Source: Huintestinicola sp. (GTDB lineage Bacteria > Bacillota > Clostridia > Oscillospirales > Ruminococcaceae). From it: a DNA stretch of 64,000 nucleotides. This document shows, piece after piece, positions 45,597 through 54,340 of the stretch. A model generated the notes under the pieces. The model was given only the letters and a program-made list of their open reading frames with translations, ran no database searches and was not told the origin of the DNA. Made by a program: the position numbers and the translations under genes. The stretch spans positions 2,052 to 66,051 of the forward strand of contig NZ_JBNMJV010000011.1 of the NCBI RefSeq assembly GCF_050874005.1, written 5' to 3'. Numbering within the stretch: the first letter of the stretch is position 1; every line of letters starts with the position of its first letter.

Positions 45597-46616
45597 ATGA
45601 ACGAAGTCGGAAGACTTTACGGAGATAACATCGTTTTTCCGGGACTGGGAATTGATATCACCGTTGATAACGAGGCTTTTTCCCTTTTCGGACTGTCCAT
45701 AAAGTGGTACGGCGTGCTTATCGCTCTGGGAATGCTGCTGGCAATGATATACTGCTTCAAGCGCACAAAGGAGTTCGGCATAGATGGCGACCGCCTTACG
45801 GACGCAGTATTCGCAGGACTTATCGGAGCGGTCATAGGCGCAAGGCTCTACTATGTGGCACTCCACGCAGAAAGCTTCCACGATATCAAGGAGGTTTTCG
45901 CCATACGGGACGGCGGACTTGCCATATACGGCGGAATAATCGGAGCGCTGTTATTTGGCTGTATCACCGCAAAGCTGCGAAAGCTGCGAATACTCCCCAC
46001 CCTCGACCTTGCCGCAATGGGCTTTCTTATCGGACAGTCTCTCGGCAGATGGGGCAATTTCTTCAATCAGGAAGCATTCGGCTGCAATACCACCCTTCCC
46101 TGGGGAATGTCGGGCGGCAAAATTCAGCAGTATCTTGTAAATCATCAGGCATCTCTTGCGGCGCAGGGAATGGATATAAACCCTTATGTACCTGTTCACC
46201 CCTGCTTCCTCTATGAGTCAATTTGGTGCGCTGTGGGATTTATCCTGCTCCATTTTTATCATAAGCACCGCAAATTTGACGGAGAGGTTTTCTGTATGTA
46301 CGTGTTCTGGTACGGCTTGGGCAGGTTCTTTATCGAGAGCCTCAGAACGGACAGCCTTTATATCGGCAGCGTCAGAGCGTCGCAGATGCTGGCACTCATA
46401 AGCGCCATTGCCGCACTTGCCCTTATTATCATAATGAGGGTGAGAGTGAAGAAAAAGGGCGTTTCACTTTATCGTGACAGCCAGGAGTCAAAGGCTATAC
46501 TAGAAGCTGCGGCAAATGCGGAAAAGGAAGAAGCCGAGAGGAAAGCAGCAAAGAAGCATAAGGAACTCACAGCAGAGCAGAAAATTGTTGAGGACGAGAA
46601 CGAGGAAGATAACTAA
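45597..46616 (+). CDS. lgt: Prolipoprotein diacylglyceryl transferase
   Basis: IKWYG, GARLYYV, GGLAIYGGIIG, GRWGNFFNQE, HPCFLYES, RFFIESLRTD. Confidence 0.96.
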   Translation: MNEVGRLYGDNIVFPGLGIDITVDNEAFSLFGLSIKWYGVLIALGMLLAMIYCFKRTKEFGIDGDRLTDAVFAGLIGAVIGARLYYVALHAESFHDIKEVFAIRDGGLAIYGGIIGALLFGCITAKLRKLRILPTLDLAAMGFLIGQSLGRWGNFFNQEAFGCNTTLPWGMSGGKIQQYLVNHQASLAAQGMDINPYVPVHPCFLYESIWCAVGFILLHFYHKHRKFDGEVFCMYVFWYGLGRFFIESLRTDSLYIGSVRASQMLALISAIAALALIIIMRVRVKKKGVSLYRDSQESKAILEAAANAEKEEAERKAAKKHKELTAEQKIVEDENEEDN

Positions 46617-46640
46617 CAAACTCACCTGACCCCCAAAGGT

Positions 46641-46891
46641 AAAAGTTTCGCTCAAGCCTTTTCTAAAGGCTTGCAGGTTTCCAAAGGGCAGAGCCCTTTG
46701 GTCGCCCTCCGCAGAGGGCGAAATCCCCTTTACGAAGGAGCTCCGCAAAGGGGTGAATTGAAAACAGTCCAGTGGACTGTTTTCAAGAGGGGAACGCCCT
46801 GCGATAGAGGGCGGGCTTGGAACAAGACCAATTCCCCTCCGGGATTGTTAAGGGCTTTGCCCTTAACACAATGCGCCCCCAAGGCGCATTG
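46641..46891. repeat. Cluster of back-to-back palindromes (REP/MITE-like or structured RNA)
   Basis: At least seven stems, including CAAGCCTTT/AAAGGCTTG, CCAAAGGGC/GCCCTTTGG, TCGCCCTC/GAGGGCGA, TTGAAAACAGTCC/GGACTGTTTTCAA, TGTTAAGGGC/GCCCTTAACA and CAATGCGCC/GGCGCATTG. Confidence 0.75.
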
Positions 46892-46973
46892 CTTATAGCG
46901 TTCTGTTTTCTAACCTAAAAGCCAGTTTTATTGCGAACAGAAAAAACAAAATAATATAATGGAGGAAAAAACA

Positions 46974-47843
46974 ATGGCAAATCTTATCGACGGCAAGGCA
47001 GTATCCGCAAAGGTAAAGGCTCAGGTAAGAGCCGAAGCCGAGGAGCTTAAAGCAAAGGGCATATCCATAGGTCTGGCAGTAGTTATCGTGGGCGATAACC
47101 CCGCTTCAAGAGTGTATGTCAACAATAAGAAGAAGGCCTGCGCCGAGGTAGGCTTTGAGTCATTCGAGTACGCTCTCCCCGAAGAGACCACCGAAGCAGA
47201 GCTTCTTGAACTGGTCGACAAGCTCAATAACGACAGCAGGGTGAACGGCATACTCGTCCAGCTTCCTCTCCCCAAGCAGATAAACGAGACCGCCGTTATC
47301 AACGCTATCCGTCCCGAAAAGGACGTTGACGCATTCCACCCCGAAAATGTGGGACATATAATGATAGGCGATTATTCCTTCCTCCCCTGCACCCCCGCAG
47401 GCGTAATGGAGCTTATCGCAGACACAGGAGTAGATGTGTGCGGCAAAAACTGCGTAGTTATCGGCAGAAGCAATATCGTGGGCAAGCCTATGGCAATGCT
47501 CCTGCTCCATAAAAACGGCACAGTCACAATCACCCACTCAAAGACCAAGAATCTCAAGGAAATATGCGCCGCTGCTGATATCCTTGTTGCCGCTGTAGGC
47601 AAAGCAAAATTCGTAACTCCCGATATGGTGAAGGAAGGCGCTGTAGTCATTGACGTAGGTATGAACCGCAACGAAGAGGGCAAGCTCTGCGGAGACGTTG
47701 ATTTTGAAGCCTGCAAGGATAAGGCGGGCTACATAACCCCCGTTCCCGGCGGCGTAGGTCCTATGACCATTGCAATGCTTATGAAAAATACCCTTACCGC
47801 CGCAAAGCAGGCGGGTGAAGATCCGCAGCGAGACGTTCTGTAA
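46974..47843 (+). CDS. folD: Bifunctional methylenetetrahydrofolate dehydrogenase/cyclohydrolase
   Basis: IDGKAVS, GILVQLPLP, KDVDAFHPEN, PCTPAG, GRSNIVGKP, TPVPGGVGPMT. ATG at 46974 follows GGAGG. Confidence 0.97.
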   Translation: MANLIDGKAVSAKVKAQVRAEAEELKAKGISIGLAVVIVGDNPASRVYVNNKKKACAEVGFESFEYALPEETTEAELLELVDKLNNDSRVNGILVQLPLPKQINETAVINAIRPEKDVDAFHPENVGHIMIGDYSFLPCTPAGVMELIADTGVDVCGKNCVVIGRSNIVGKPMAMLLLHKNGTVTITHSKTKNLKEICAAADILVAAVGKAKFVTPDMVKEGAVVIDVGMNRNEEGKLCGDVDFEACKDKAGYITPVPGGVGPMTIAMLMKNTLTAAKQAGEDPQRDVL

Positions 47844-48083
47844 TTTATTCGGGCGGCAGACTGTCGGCTCGGTAACGGCAGGCTGAGCCTGCAGCCTCTC
47901 GTTCTGTAATTTATTCGGGCGGCAGACTGTCGGCTCGGTAACGGCAGGCTGAGCCTGCAGCCTCTCGTTCTGTAATTTGTTCGGGCGGCAGACTGTCGGC
48001 TCGGTAACGGCAGGCTGAGCCTGCAGCCTCTCGTTCTATAGTTTATTCGGGCGGCAGGTTATCGGCTCGGTAACGATACAAAT
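47811..48083 (+). repeat. Tandem array (66-bp period, about 4 units) of the two-hairpin repeat, overlapping the folD 3' end
   Basis: CGTTCT recurs at 47834, 47900, 47966 and 48032; the units are near-identical with no variable spacer. Confidence 0.95.
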
Positions 48084-48205
48084 AAGCTGAAATTTCTTTA
48101 AAAGCATTATCACCTGTTTTTCGGGTCATATCAAATAGTTTACGTATAAAAAAGTCTCTCACCGCTAAAAACGATGAGAGACATTTTTTATAACTTATCC
48201 AACAG

Positions 48206-50620
48206 TTACGCTCTTATCTCCGCACCCAGCTCGGAAAGCTTCTTGAGCGCCTTCTTAACAGCGCCGTCAGCCTGCTCGTCGGTAAGAGTGCCCTCGTGGG
48301 AGCGCATTACGATGCTGAATGCAACGGATTTCTTTCCGTCAGCTATCTGCTTGCCCTTGTAAACATCGAAAAGCTTGACGCTCTCAAGTATCTTGCCCAC
48401 GCCCTCGGTAATAGCCTTTTCAAGGTGAGCAACGGGTATATCATCATCGCATACCACCGCCAGGTCTCTTGTTGTAGCAGGGAACTTGGGCAGGGGCTTG
48501 TAGGTCTTGGGAGCCGCAGCAGCCATAAGCTCGGGGAGGTTGATTTTAGCCGCATATGCCTTAACGCCGATGCCGTAATTTTCAAGAGTCTCGGGGTGAA
48601 GTTCGCCGAAAATGCCAATAGCCTTTCCGCCTGCAAAAACCTCCGCACATCTTCCGGGGTGGAATGCGGGTGCCTCACCGAAATTCTCGGAAACACCCTT
48701 GCAGGGTTCATAGGAAACATCAGCCGCACCCACGATATCAAGCAGCTGTTCGATAATTCCCTTTAAGCTGTAAAAATCGTAATTCTCGCCGTACATACCG
48801 AAAGCAATTCTCGCAGGCTCCTCGGGAAGCTCGCCGCCCTTGGGAAGGTACTCATTGCCCATTTCAAAAAGCACAGCCTCGGCATTTCTGCTGTTGTAGT
48901 TTCTCGCCAGCACCTCGCACATAGAGGGGAGCATAGTAGTTCTCATAACAGAAGTGTCCTCGCCCAGAGGATTTGTGATAACAACGGTCTTTCTGAGAGG
49001 GCTGTCCTCGGGGAGACGTATCTTGTCAAAATATTTGGGGGAGATAAAGGAGAATGTGGTTATCTCGTTTGCTCCCAGAGCGCAGGCAGCGTTCATGACC
49101 TTTCTGCTGAACTTCTGCTCGGGAGTAAGCTCGCCGCTTGCAACGCCTCTGATGATAGTCTGAGGAATGTTGTTGTAGCCGTAAAGACGGGCAATTTCCT
49201 CCGCAAGGTCGTTTTTGTACTCAATGTCAATTCTGTAAGGAGGAGCATATGCAATGCCATCATTGACCTTGATATCAAGCTTTTCAAGATACTTTATCAT
49301 ATCCTCTTCGGGAATGTCGGTGCCAAGGAAATTGTTTATCCATACGGGGTCAAAGGGAGCAGTTTTCTGAGTGTCTGCGTGAGTGTCGCAGTCAATTATC
49401 GTGCGGACAACCTCGCCGCAGCCCAGCTCCTCAACAAGCTCGAATGCACGAAGCAGCGCAGGCATACACATTCTGGGGTCAAGACCCTTTTCAAAGCGTG
49501 CGGAGGCATCGGTTCTCATTCCCAAAGCCTTTGCGGTGGTGCGGACGCTTGCGCCGTCAAAGCAGGCAGCCTCGAAAACAACGTCCACCGTATCGTCCAT
49601 AATGCCGCTGTACTCGCCGCCCATAACGCCTGCAACGGCAACGGGCTTCTCAGCGTCGGCAATTACAAGCATTTTCTCGGAAAGAGTTCTCTCAACGCCG
49701 TCAAGAGTGGTTATCTTTTCACCCTCTGCGGCGTTTCTTATCTCAATGGAATTGCCCTTGATGTAGCGGATATCAAAGGCGTGCATAGGGTGACCGTACT
49801 CAAGCATTACATAGTTTGTGATATCAACAAAATTGTTGATGGGACGAACGCCGCTTGCACGAAGTCTTTCTCTCAGCCACAAAGGAGAGGGCGCAATTTT
49901 AACGTTCTTAACAACGCCTGCACAGTAGCGTGAGCAAAGCTTCTCGTTCTTTATCTGCACCTTGAGCATATCGTTTATATCACCGTCAATGCCCTTGAAG
50001 GAAGGCTCCTTGATGTTAAGGGGCTTGTCAAAGGTTGCAGCAGTCTCTCGTGCCAGACCAAGAACGGAAAGGCAGTCGGGACGGTTTGAGGTTATCTCAA
50101 ATTCGATAGATGTATCGTTCAGGTCAATTGCCTCACGGATATCCATACCGGGGGTAAGCTCTCTGCCGTCCTCGCTTTTGAGGATAAAAATTCCGTCTGC
50201 GATTGCATAGGGGAAATCGTGAGTGGTAAGACCCAGCTCGCCTAAGGAACAGAGCATACCGTTAGAAGCCACACCTCTCAGCTTGCCCTTCTTTATCTTC
50301 ACACCATTAGGAAGCGTAGAACCGTCAAGAGCGGCGGGAACTAAGTCACCGATATTTTCCTCTCTGATGTTGGGTGCGCCTGTAACTATCTGAACAGGCT
50401 CACTCTCGCCAACGTCCACCTGACACACAACAAGGTGGTCGGAATTTTCGTGGGGCTTTACATCGAGAATTTTTCCCACAACAACACGGGAAATTTCGCT
50501 GCCCTCTGTTTCATATTTTTCAACCTTGGAGCCGCTCATGGTAAGTCCCGAGCAAAGCTCCTTTATGCTCATATCTCCGATATCAACATAATCGGAGAGC
50601 CATCTGACTGAAAGATCCAT
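48206..50620 (-). CDS. pheT: Phenylalanine--tRNA ligase beta subunit
   Basis: HENSDHLVVCQVD, LRGVASNGMLCS, ITSNRPDCLS, PINNFVDITNY, RFEKGLD, RDLAVV. Confidence 0.97.
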   Translation of the reverse strand: MDLSVRWLSDYVDIGDMSIKELCSGLTMSGSKVEKYETEGSEISRVVVGKILDVKPHENSDHLVVCQVDVGESEPVQIVTGAPNIREENIGDLVPAALDGSTLPNGVKIKKGKLRGVASNGMLCSLGELGLTTHDFPYAIADGIFILKSEDGRELTPGMDIREAIDLNDTSIEFEITSNRPDCLSVLGLARETAATFDKPLNIKEPSFKGIDGDINDMLKVQIKNEKLCSRYCAGVVKNVKIAPSPLWLRERLRASGVRPINNFVDITNYVMLEYGHPMHAFDIRYIKGNSIEIRNAAEGEKITTLDGVERTLSEKMLVIADAEKPVAVAGVMGGEYSGIMDDTVDVVFEAACFDGASVRTTAKALGMRTDASARFEKGLDPRMCMPALLRAFELVEELGCGEVVRTIIDCDTHADTQKTAPFDPVWINNFLGTDIPEEDMIKYLEKLDIKVNDGIAYAPPYRIDIEYKNDLAEEIARLYGYNNIPQTIIRGVASGELTPEQKFSRKVMNAACALGANEITTFSFISPKYFDKIRLPEDSPLRKTVVITNPLGEDTSVMRTTMLPSMCEVLARNYNSRNAEAVLFEMGNEYLPKGGELPEEPARIAFGMYGENYDFYSLKGIIEQLLDIVGAADVSYEPCKGVSENFGEAPAFHPGRCAEVFAGGKAIGIFGELHPETLENYGIGVKAYAAKINLPELMAAAAPKTYKPLPKFPATTRDLAVVCDDDIPVAHLEKAITEGVGKILESVKLFDVYKGKQIADGKKSVAFSIVMRSHEGTLTDEQADGAVKKALKKLSELGAEIRA

Positions 50621-50635
50621 TTATTATTTTCCTCC

Positions 50636-51247
50636 TTATTTTTTTCTGATAACAGTAATGCTTTCCGCCCGTAATGTGTTAAAATACTCCTCCATATCCG
50701 CTTTCTGATAATTCACACGGAATAAAATATCCGCATTGGGGCATTTCCGGGAAAGCAGATCATAGAAGCCTTCGTTCATATATCCGAGTCCCACAGGTAT
50801 GCGGAGCTTTCCGAAGCTTCTTGTTTTAAAAACGATGTTGGTGGCGGAAGGCGAGCCGACATAGGTGTTTGTGATGACCTCCTCTATCTCATAGTAAGGA
50901 ATGATAAGCCCCTCCTTTGAGAAGAGATAATCCGAGGTAAATGCGAAAACTCTGAACTGCTCGCAGCTTTCAAGCTCTGCGGAAATCCTTTCCGCCGTAT
51001 TTTCCGAGATCGCATCAATCTGCCTTTTCATTGACCTGCTCTGAATGATATTCATCGAAAACAGGGCAATTCCCATTGCAATGGAAATTATTTTCCACAA
51101 AGTGCTGTAATCCGTTCCGTCAAGGAATTTTATAAGCGGGATAAGAAAAAGGGTGTAGGTGATGCTCAATGTGTTCCACAAAAACTGCTTGCGTCTGAAG
51201 TGCTTTTTATAGCGGTCAAGCAGGTTGTTTTTGTCAGTGCTTTCCAT
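50636..51247 (-). CDS. Hypothetical two-TM membrane protein between pheS and pheT
   Basis: 203-aa ORF starting 4 nt after the pheS stop; two hydrophobic helices then a small beta-rich domain. Confidence 0.75.
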   Translation of the reverse strand: MESTDKNNLLDRYKKHFRRKQFLWNTLSITYTLFLIPLIKFLDGTDYSTLWKIISIAMGIALFSMNIIQSRSMKRQIDAISENTAERISAELESCEQFRVFAFTSDYLFSKEGLIIPYYEIEEVITNTYVGSPSATNIVFKTRSFGKLRIPVGLGYMNEGFYDLLSRKCPNADILFRVNYQKADMEEYFNTLRAESITVIRKK

Positions 51248-51251
51248 TTTA

Positions 51252-52271
51252 TCAGAACTGACCTAAGAATCTCATATCATTCTCATAAAGCAGTCTCATA
51301 TCATTGATGTGATATCTGCCCATAGTGATACGCTCAAGACCGATACCGAAAGCAAAGCCGCTGTAGACCTCGGGGTCAATGCCGCAGCCTCTGAGGACTT
51401 CGGGGTGGACCATACCCGAGCCGAGAAGCTCCACATATCCCTCGCCCTTGCACATAGAGCAGCCCTTGCCGCCGCAGTTGAAGCATACAAGGTCAACCTC
51501 TGCAGAAGGCTCTGTATAGGGGAAATGATGAGGACGGAGACGAATTTTAGCGTCCTTGCCGTAAAGCTTTTTCATAAGCAGGTCAAGTGTGCCGTACAGG
51601 TCGCCCAGAGTAACGCCCTTGTCAATAACAAGTCCCTCGATCTGATGGAAAAGGGGAGAATGAGTAGCGTCAACCGCATCGGAACGGTAAACACGACCGG
51701 GGGAAATAATTCTGATAGGAGGCTTTCTCTGCTCCATAGTGCGTATCTGAACGCTTGAGGTCTGAGTTCTGAGGACAACGTTCTCGTTGATGTAGAAGGT
51801 GTCCTGAGTGTCTCTTGCAGGGTGGTGCTTAGGCATATTAAGAGCCTCGAAGCAGTAATGGTCGGTCTCCACCTCGGGACCGTCCACGATATCAAAGCCC
51901 ATACCCAGGAATATTTCCTTTACCTCCTCAAGAGTAGCGGTAAGAGGGTGGAGACGTCCGGGACGGGGAGCCTTTCCGGGAAGGGTAACGTCAATAGTTT
52001 CCTCTGCCATCTTCTTAGCGGCAGCCTCGCTTTTAAGAGCCTCAGCCTTTTCGGCAAGCTTTTCCTCTATCTCCGAGCGGACCTTGTTGGCAAGCTGACC
52101 GATAACGGGTCTTTCCTCTGCGGACAGACCGCCCATCTGCTTGAGGATAGCCGTAAGCTCGCCCTTTTTGCCGAGAAACTTAACTCTCAGATCCTCCATA
52201 ATTTTCAGGTCGTGACACTCCGACAGCTCCTGTTTTGCCGTCTGGAGTATCTTTTCAAGCTGTTCTTTCAT
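51252..52271 (-). CDS. pheS: Phenylalanine--tRNA ligase alpha subunit
   Basis: [53 protein letters not shown]. Confidence 0.98.
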   Translation of the reverse strand: MKEQLEKILQTAKQELSECHDLKIMEDLRVKFLGKKGELTAILKQMGGLSAEERPVIGQLANKVRSEIEEKLAEKAEALKSEAAAKKMAEETIDVTLPGKAPRPGRLHPLTATLEEVKEIFLGMGFDIVDGPEVETDHYCFEALNMPKHHPARDTQDTFYINENVVLRTQTSSVQIRTMEQRKPPIRIISPGRVYRSDAVDATHSPLFHQIEGLVIDKGVTLGDLYGTLDLLMKKLYGKDAKIRLRPHHFPYTEPSAEVDLVCFNCGGKGCSMCKGEGYVELLGSGMVHPEVLRGCGIDPEVYSGFAFGIGLERITMGRYHINDMRLLYENDMRFLGQF

Positions 52272-52289
52272 TGGTTTCTATCCTTTCTG

Positions 52290-52610
52290 TATGAAAATAA
52301 AAAAGCCTGCACCCGAAACAAAACCATTCAGGCACAGGAGAAATATCTATTCCCGACTTTACGGAGCATAAATTCAGCTCGTACAAAGGCTAAGGACAGA
52401 CATCCCCCCGACCTTAACGTGGTCATCCGTCTGCCCCTAATAACCGTTTTCCGCCAAAGGACACGATATTCAAGGCAGCCACTCACGGGCGAATTTCGGG
52501 ATCAAGCGGCACAAAGGGATTTCCAGCCGTCTGCAAGATCAGACGATCCCTTTTCTCTGTGTATGCCAAAAGCGCAGGATCCTTACTGTATCCCGGTCAG
52601 CGTGTTTTTG
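52290..52610 (-). ncRNA. T-box-like leader (Phe specifier UUC) with terminator; antiterminator atypical
   Basis: Stem I elements GGGATACAGTA, AGAGA...GCTGGAA apical motifs and GAAA-TTC specifier (plus 52491-52493); terminator CCTGTGCCTGAA/TTCGGGTGCAGG + T-run. No GGTGGNACC found. Confidence 0.75.
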
Positions 52611-52636
52611 TACAGCGCAAAATAATTGCTTCTTAT

Positions 52637-52665
52637 ATTATACAGTATGTCTTCGGAAAATGCAA
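52637..52665 (-). promoter_or_regulatory. Sigma-A promoter of the pheST operon
   Basis: Minus strand TTGCAT-17-TATAAT. Confidence 0.7.
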
Positions 52666-52882
52666 GTGTTTTTTTGAAAAAAGTGAGGTGATAACGCTAA
52701 ATAAAAAAGACTGACCGTCCAAGCTCCAACCTTGAGCAGTCGGTTTCTAACATCAAGTCAGAGATATGATCGCTTTATAGGAGGCACGCCGTTTATACGG
52801 CTGCTTCTTTTTTTATTATCATTGCTTAACACACCGAAAAAACAAAGCCGCTCCCGACAATATCGGAAACGGCTTATTATAC

Positions 52883-54094
52883 TCAGGCTCTTCCCTCGCT
52901 GCCGATTATGCCTGCATAAAAATCGCAAAGCTCTGCGGCGGTCTCTGCGGCGTAGCTTTCCACACAGAGCATAACTCCCTTGCCCGTGCGGACGGGACGG
53001 ATAGTGACCCTGCCGTTCTCCCCGTCGCCTATAACGCCGCTCTCCTCCATTCCGGGAACGCACAGCCTTTTGAGCAGCTCCGAGGGGCGGTCAACGGGAA
53101 TATATCGGCTGATGTCCGCATACTCGGGAAGTCCCTCTAAAGCCTCTCCCAGAGTTTTCTCCTCCGACCCAAGGATATCGAGGACGGTGACCATAAGGGC
53201 AATACTGTCGCTTGTGAAAAGCTGTTCCGAAGCGGCTTTCCTTGCGGCAAGACACCTTTTCGACGGATTTTTCTCGTTAATGCAAACCGCTCCGCCGCAG
53301 CTTAGTATTTTCCTGCCGTAAAGCCCTGCCAGCTTTTCCAAGGCTCTCGGAGCCTTGCCGCAGACTGCCGCATCACGTCCCTGCTCAAATAGCCTGCGGC
53401 AGCAGAGCATAATAAGCTTGTCTCTGAAAACATACCCCGTTTCTTCGGAATATGCGGATATCCGCTTGCCGTCGGCGCTTATGCGGAAGGCGATGCGCTC
53501 CCCGTTTTTGCTGCCCTTTCCCTCAAGGATACGTTCGCACACTCTCATCACCGAGGGCGAGGAGCTGTAAACGTCCGCATACACACGGGTAAGCTCAGAG
53601 CGAAGAAGTGTGCCTATCCCTGCTGCATAGATATCCTCCGCACCGGTGAATATGTGTATGTCTCCGAAATGGCTGTAGGGAAGTTCTCTTGCTCCCCGAA
53701 GCTCCCGTTCCACCGATTCCTCAAAGCTGCGGTAAAGGGGCAGTCCGTCTCCGGCAAAAAGTCCTAATGAAGCGGTTATCTCGGTGCGGACGTGACAGCC
53801 TGCGGCACAGCCAAGCACCCTTGCCGCATATGCCGCTGCAGGAGCGCAGCAGTCTCCTGCGAATATGCACCTTGCTCCTGCCGCCGCCGCTCCCGAAGCA
53901 AATGCGTAGGAAAGTGCGTCTGCGCCCGTTCCCGAGCCGTGAGCAGCAAGTACCGTGCCGCCGCCCCTTTCAGCCGCAGCAATGGCACAGGCGGCTCCTG
54001 CGGCTATGGCGTCATAGGGAGTTATATTTCCCGAAGCGGAGGCGATAAGACGGCTCTCTTCCTCAAAATGGAGACGTTCTTCAAAGTTTTTCAT
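52883..54094 (-). CDS. Phosphomannomutase/phosphoglucomutase-fold protein, catalytic motifs degenerate
   Basis: GNITPY..IAAG N-terminus, G..L, and C-terminal VTIRP.RTGKGVMLCVES match the PMM architecture; no TASHN or DxDxDR. Confidence 0.65.
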   Translation of the reverse strand: MKNFEERLHFEEESRLIASASGNITPYDAIAAGAACAIAAAERGGGTVLAAHGSGTGADALSYAFASGAAAAGARCIFAGDCCAPAAAYAARVLGCAAGCHVRTEITASLGLFAGDGLPLYRSFEESVERELRGARELPYSHFGDIHIFTGAEDIYAAGIGTLLRSELTRVYADVYSSSPSVMRVCERILEGKGSKNGERIAFRISADGKRISAYSEETGYVFRDKLIMLCCRRLFEQGRDAAVCGKAPRALEKLAGLYGRKILSCGGAVCINEKNPSKRCLAARKAASEQLFTSDSIALMVTVLDILGSEEKTLGEALEGLPEYADISRYIPVDRPSELLKRLCVPGMEESGVIGDGENGRVTIRPVRTGKGVMLCVESYAAETAAELCDFYAGIIGSEGRA

Positions 54095-54245
54095 AATTAT
54101 TTCCCCTTTCGGACGATATGTATACGATAATTTCAGAGTACACGCAAGTCATTCCTCTGTTATAATTGACAAATATTCGGGAAATAATTCAGCAAAATGC
54201 ATATTTCAAAGGCTCGGCACAGGGAAATATACGTGTAATTTGCAA

Positions 54246-54274
54246 TTGAAAAATAGGGAAAAATGTGGTATAAT
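54246..54274 (+). promoter_or_regulatory. Sigma-A promoter of nadB
   Basis: TTGAAA-17-TATAAT with TGTG extension. Confidence 0.65.
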
Positions 54275-54340
54275 TTCCTTAAATATAAATTTGTGGTCTC
54301 TGCAGACAGCAGAGAATATCCGCAGAAGGAAGATTTTTTT

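Noticed and set aside
47811-48083. CRISPR array
   Set aside because: The whole 66-bp unit repeats with no unique spacers, and there are no cas genes in the window.
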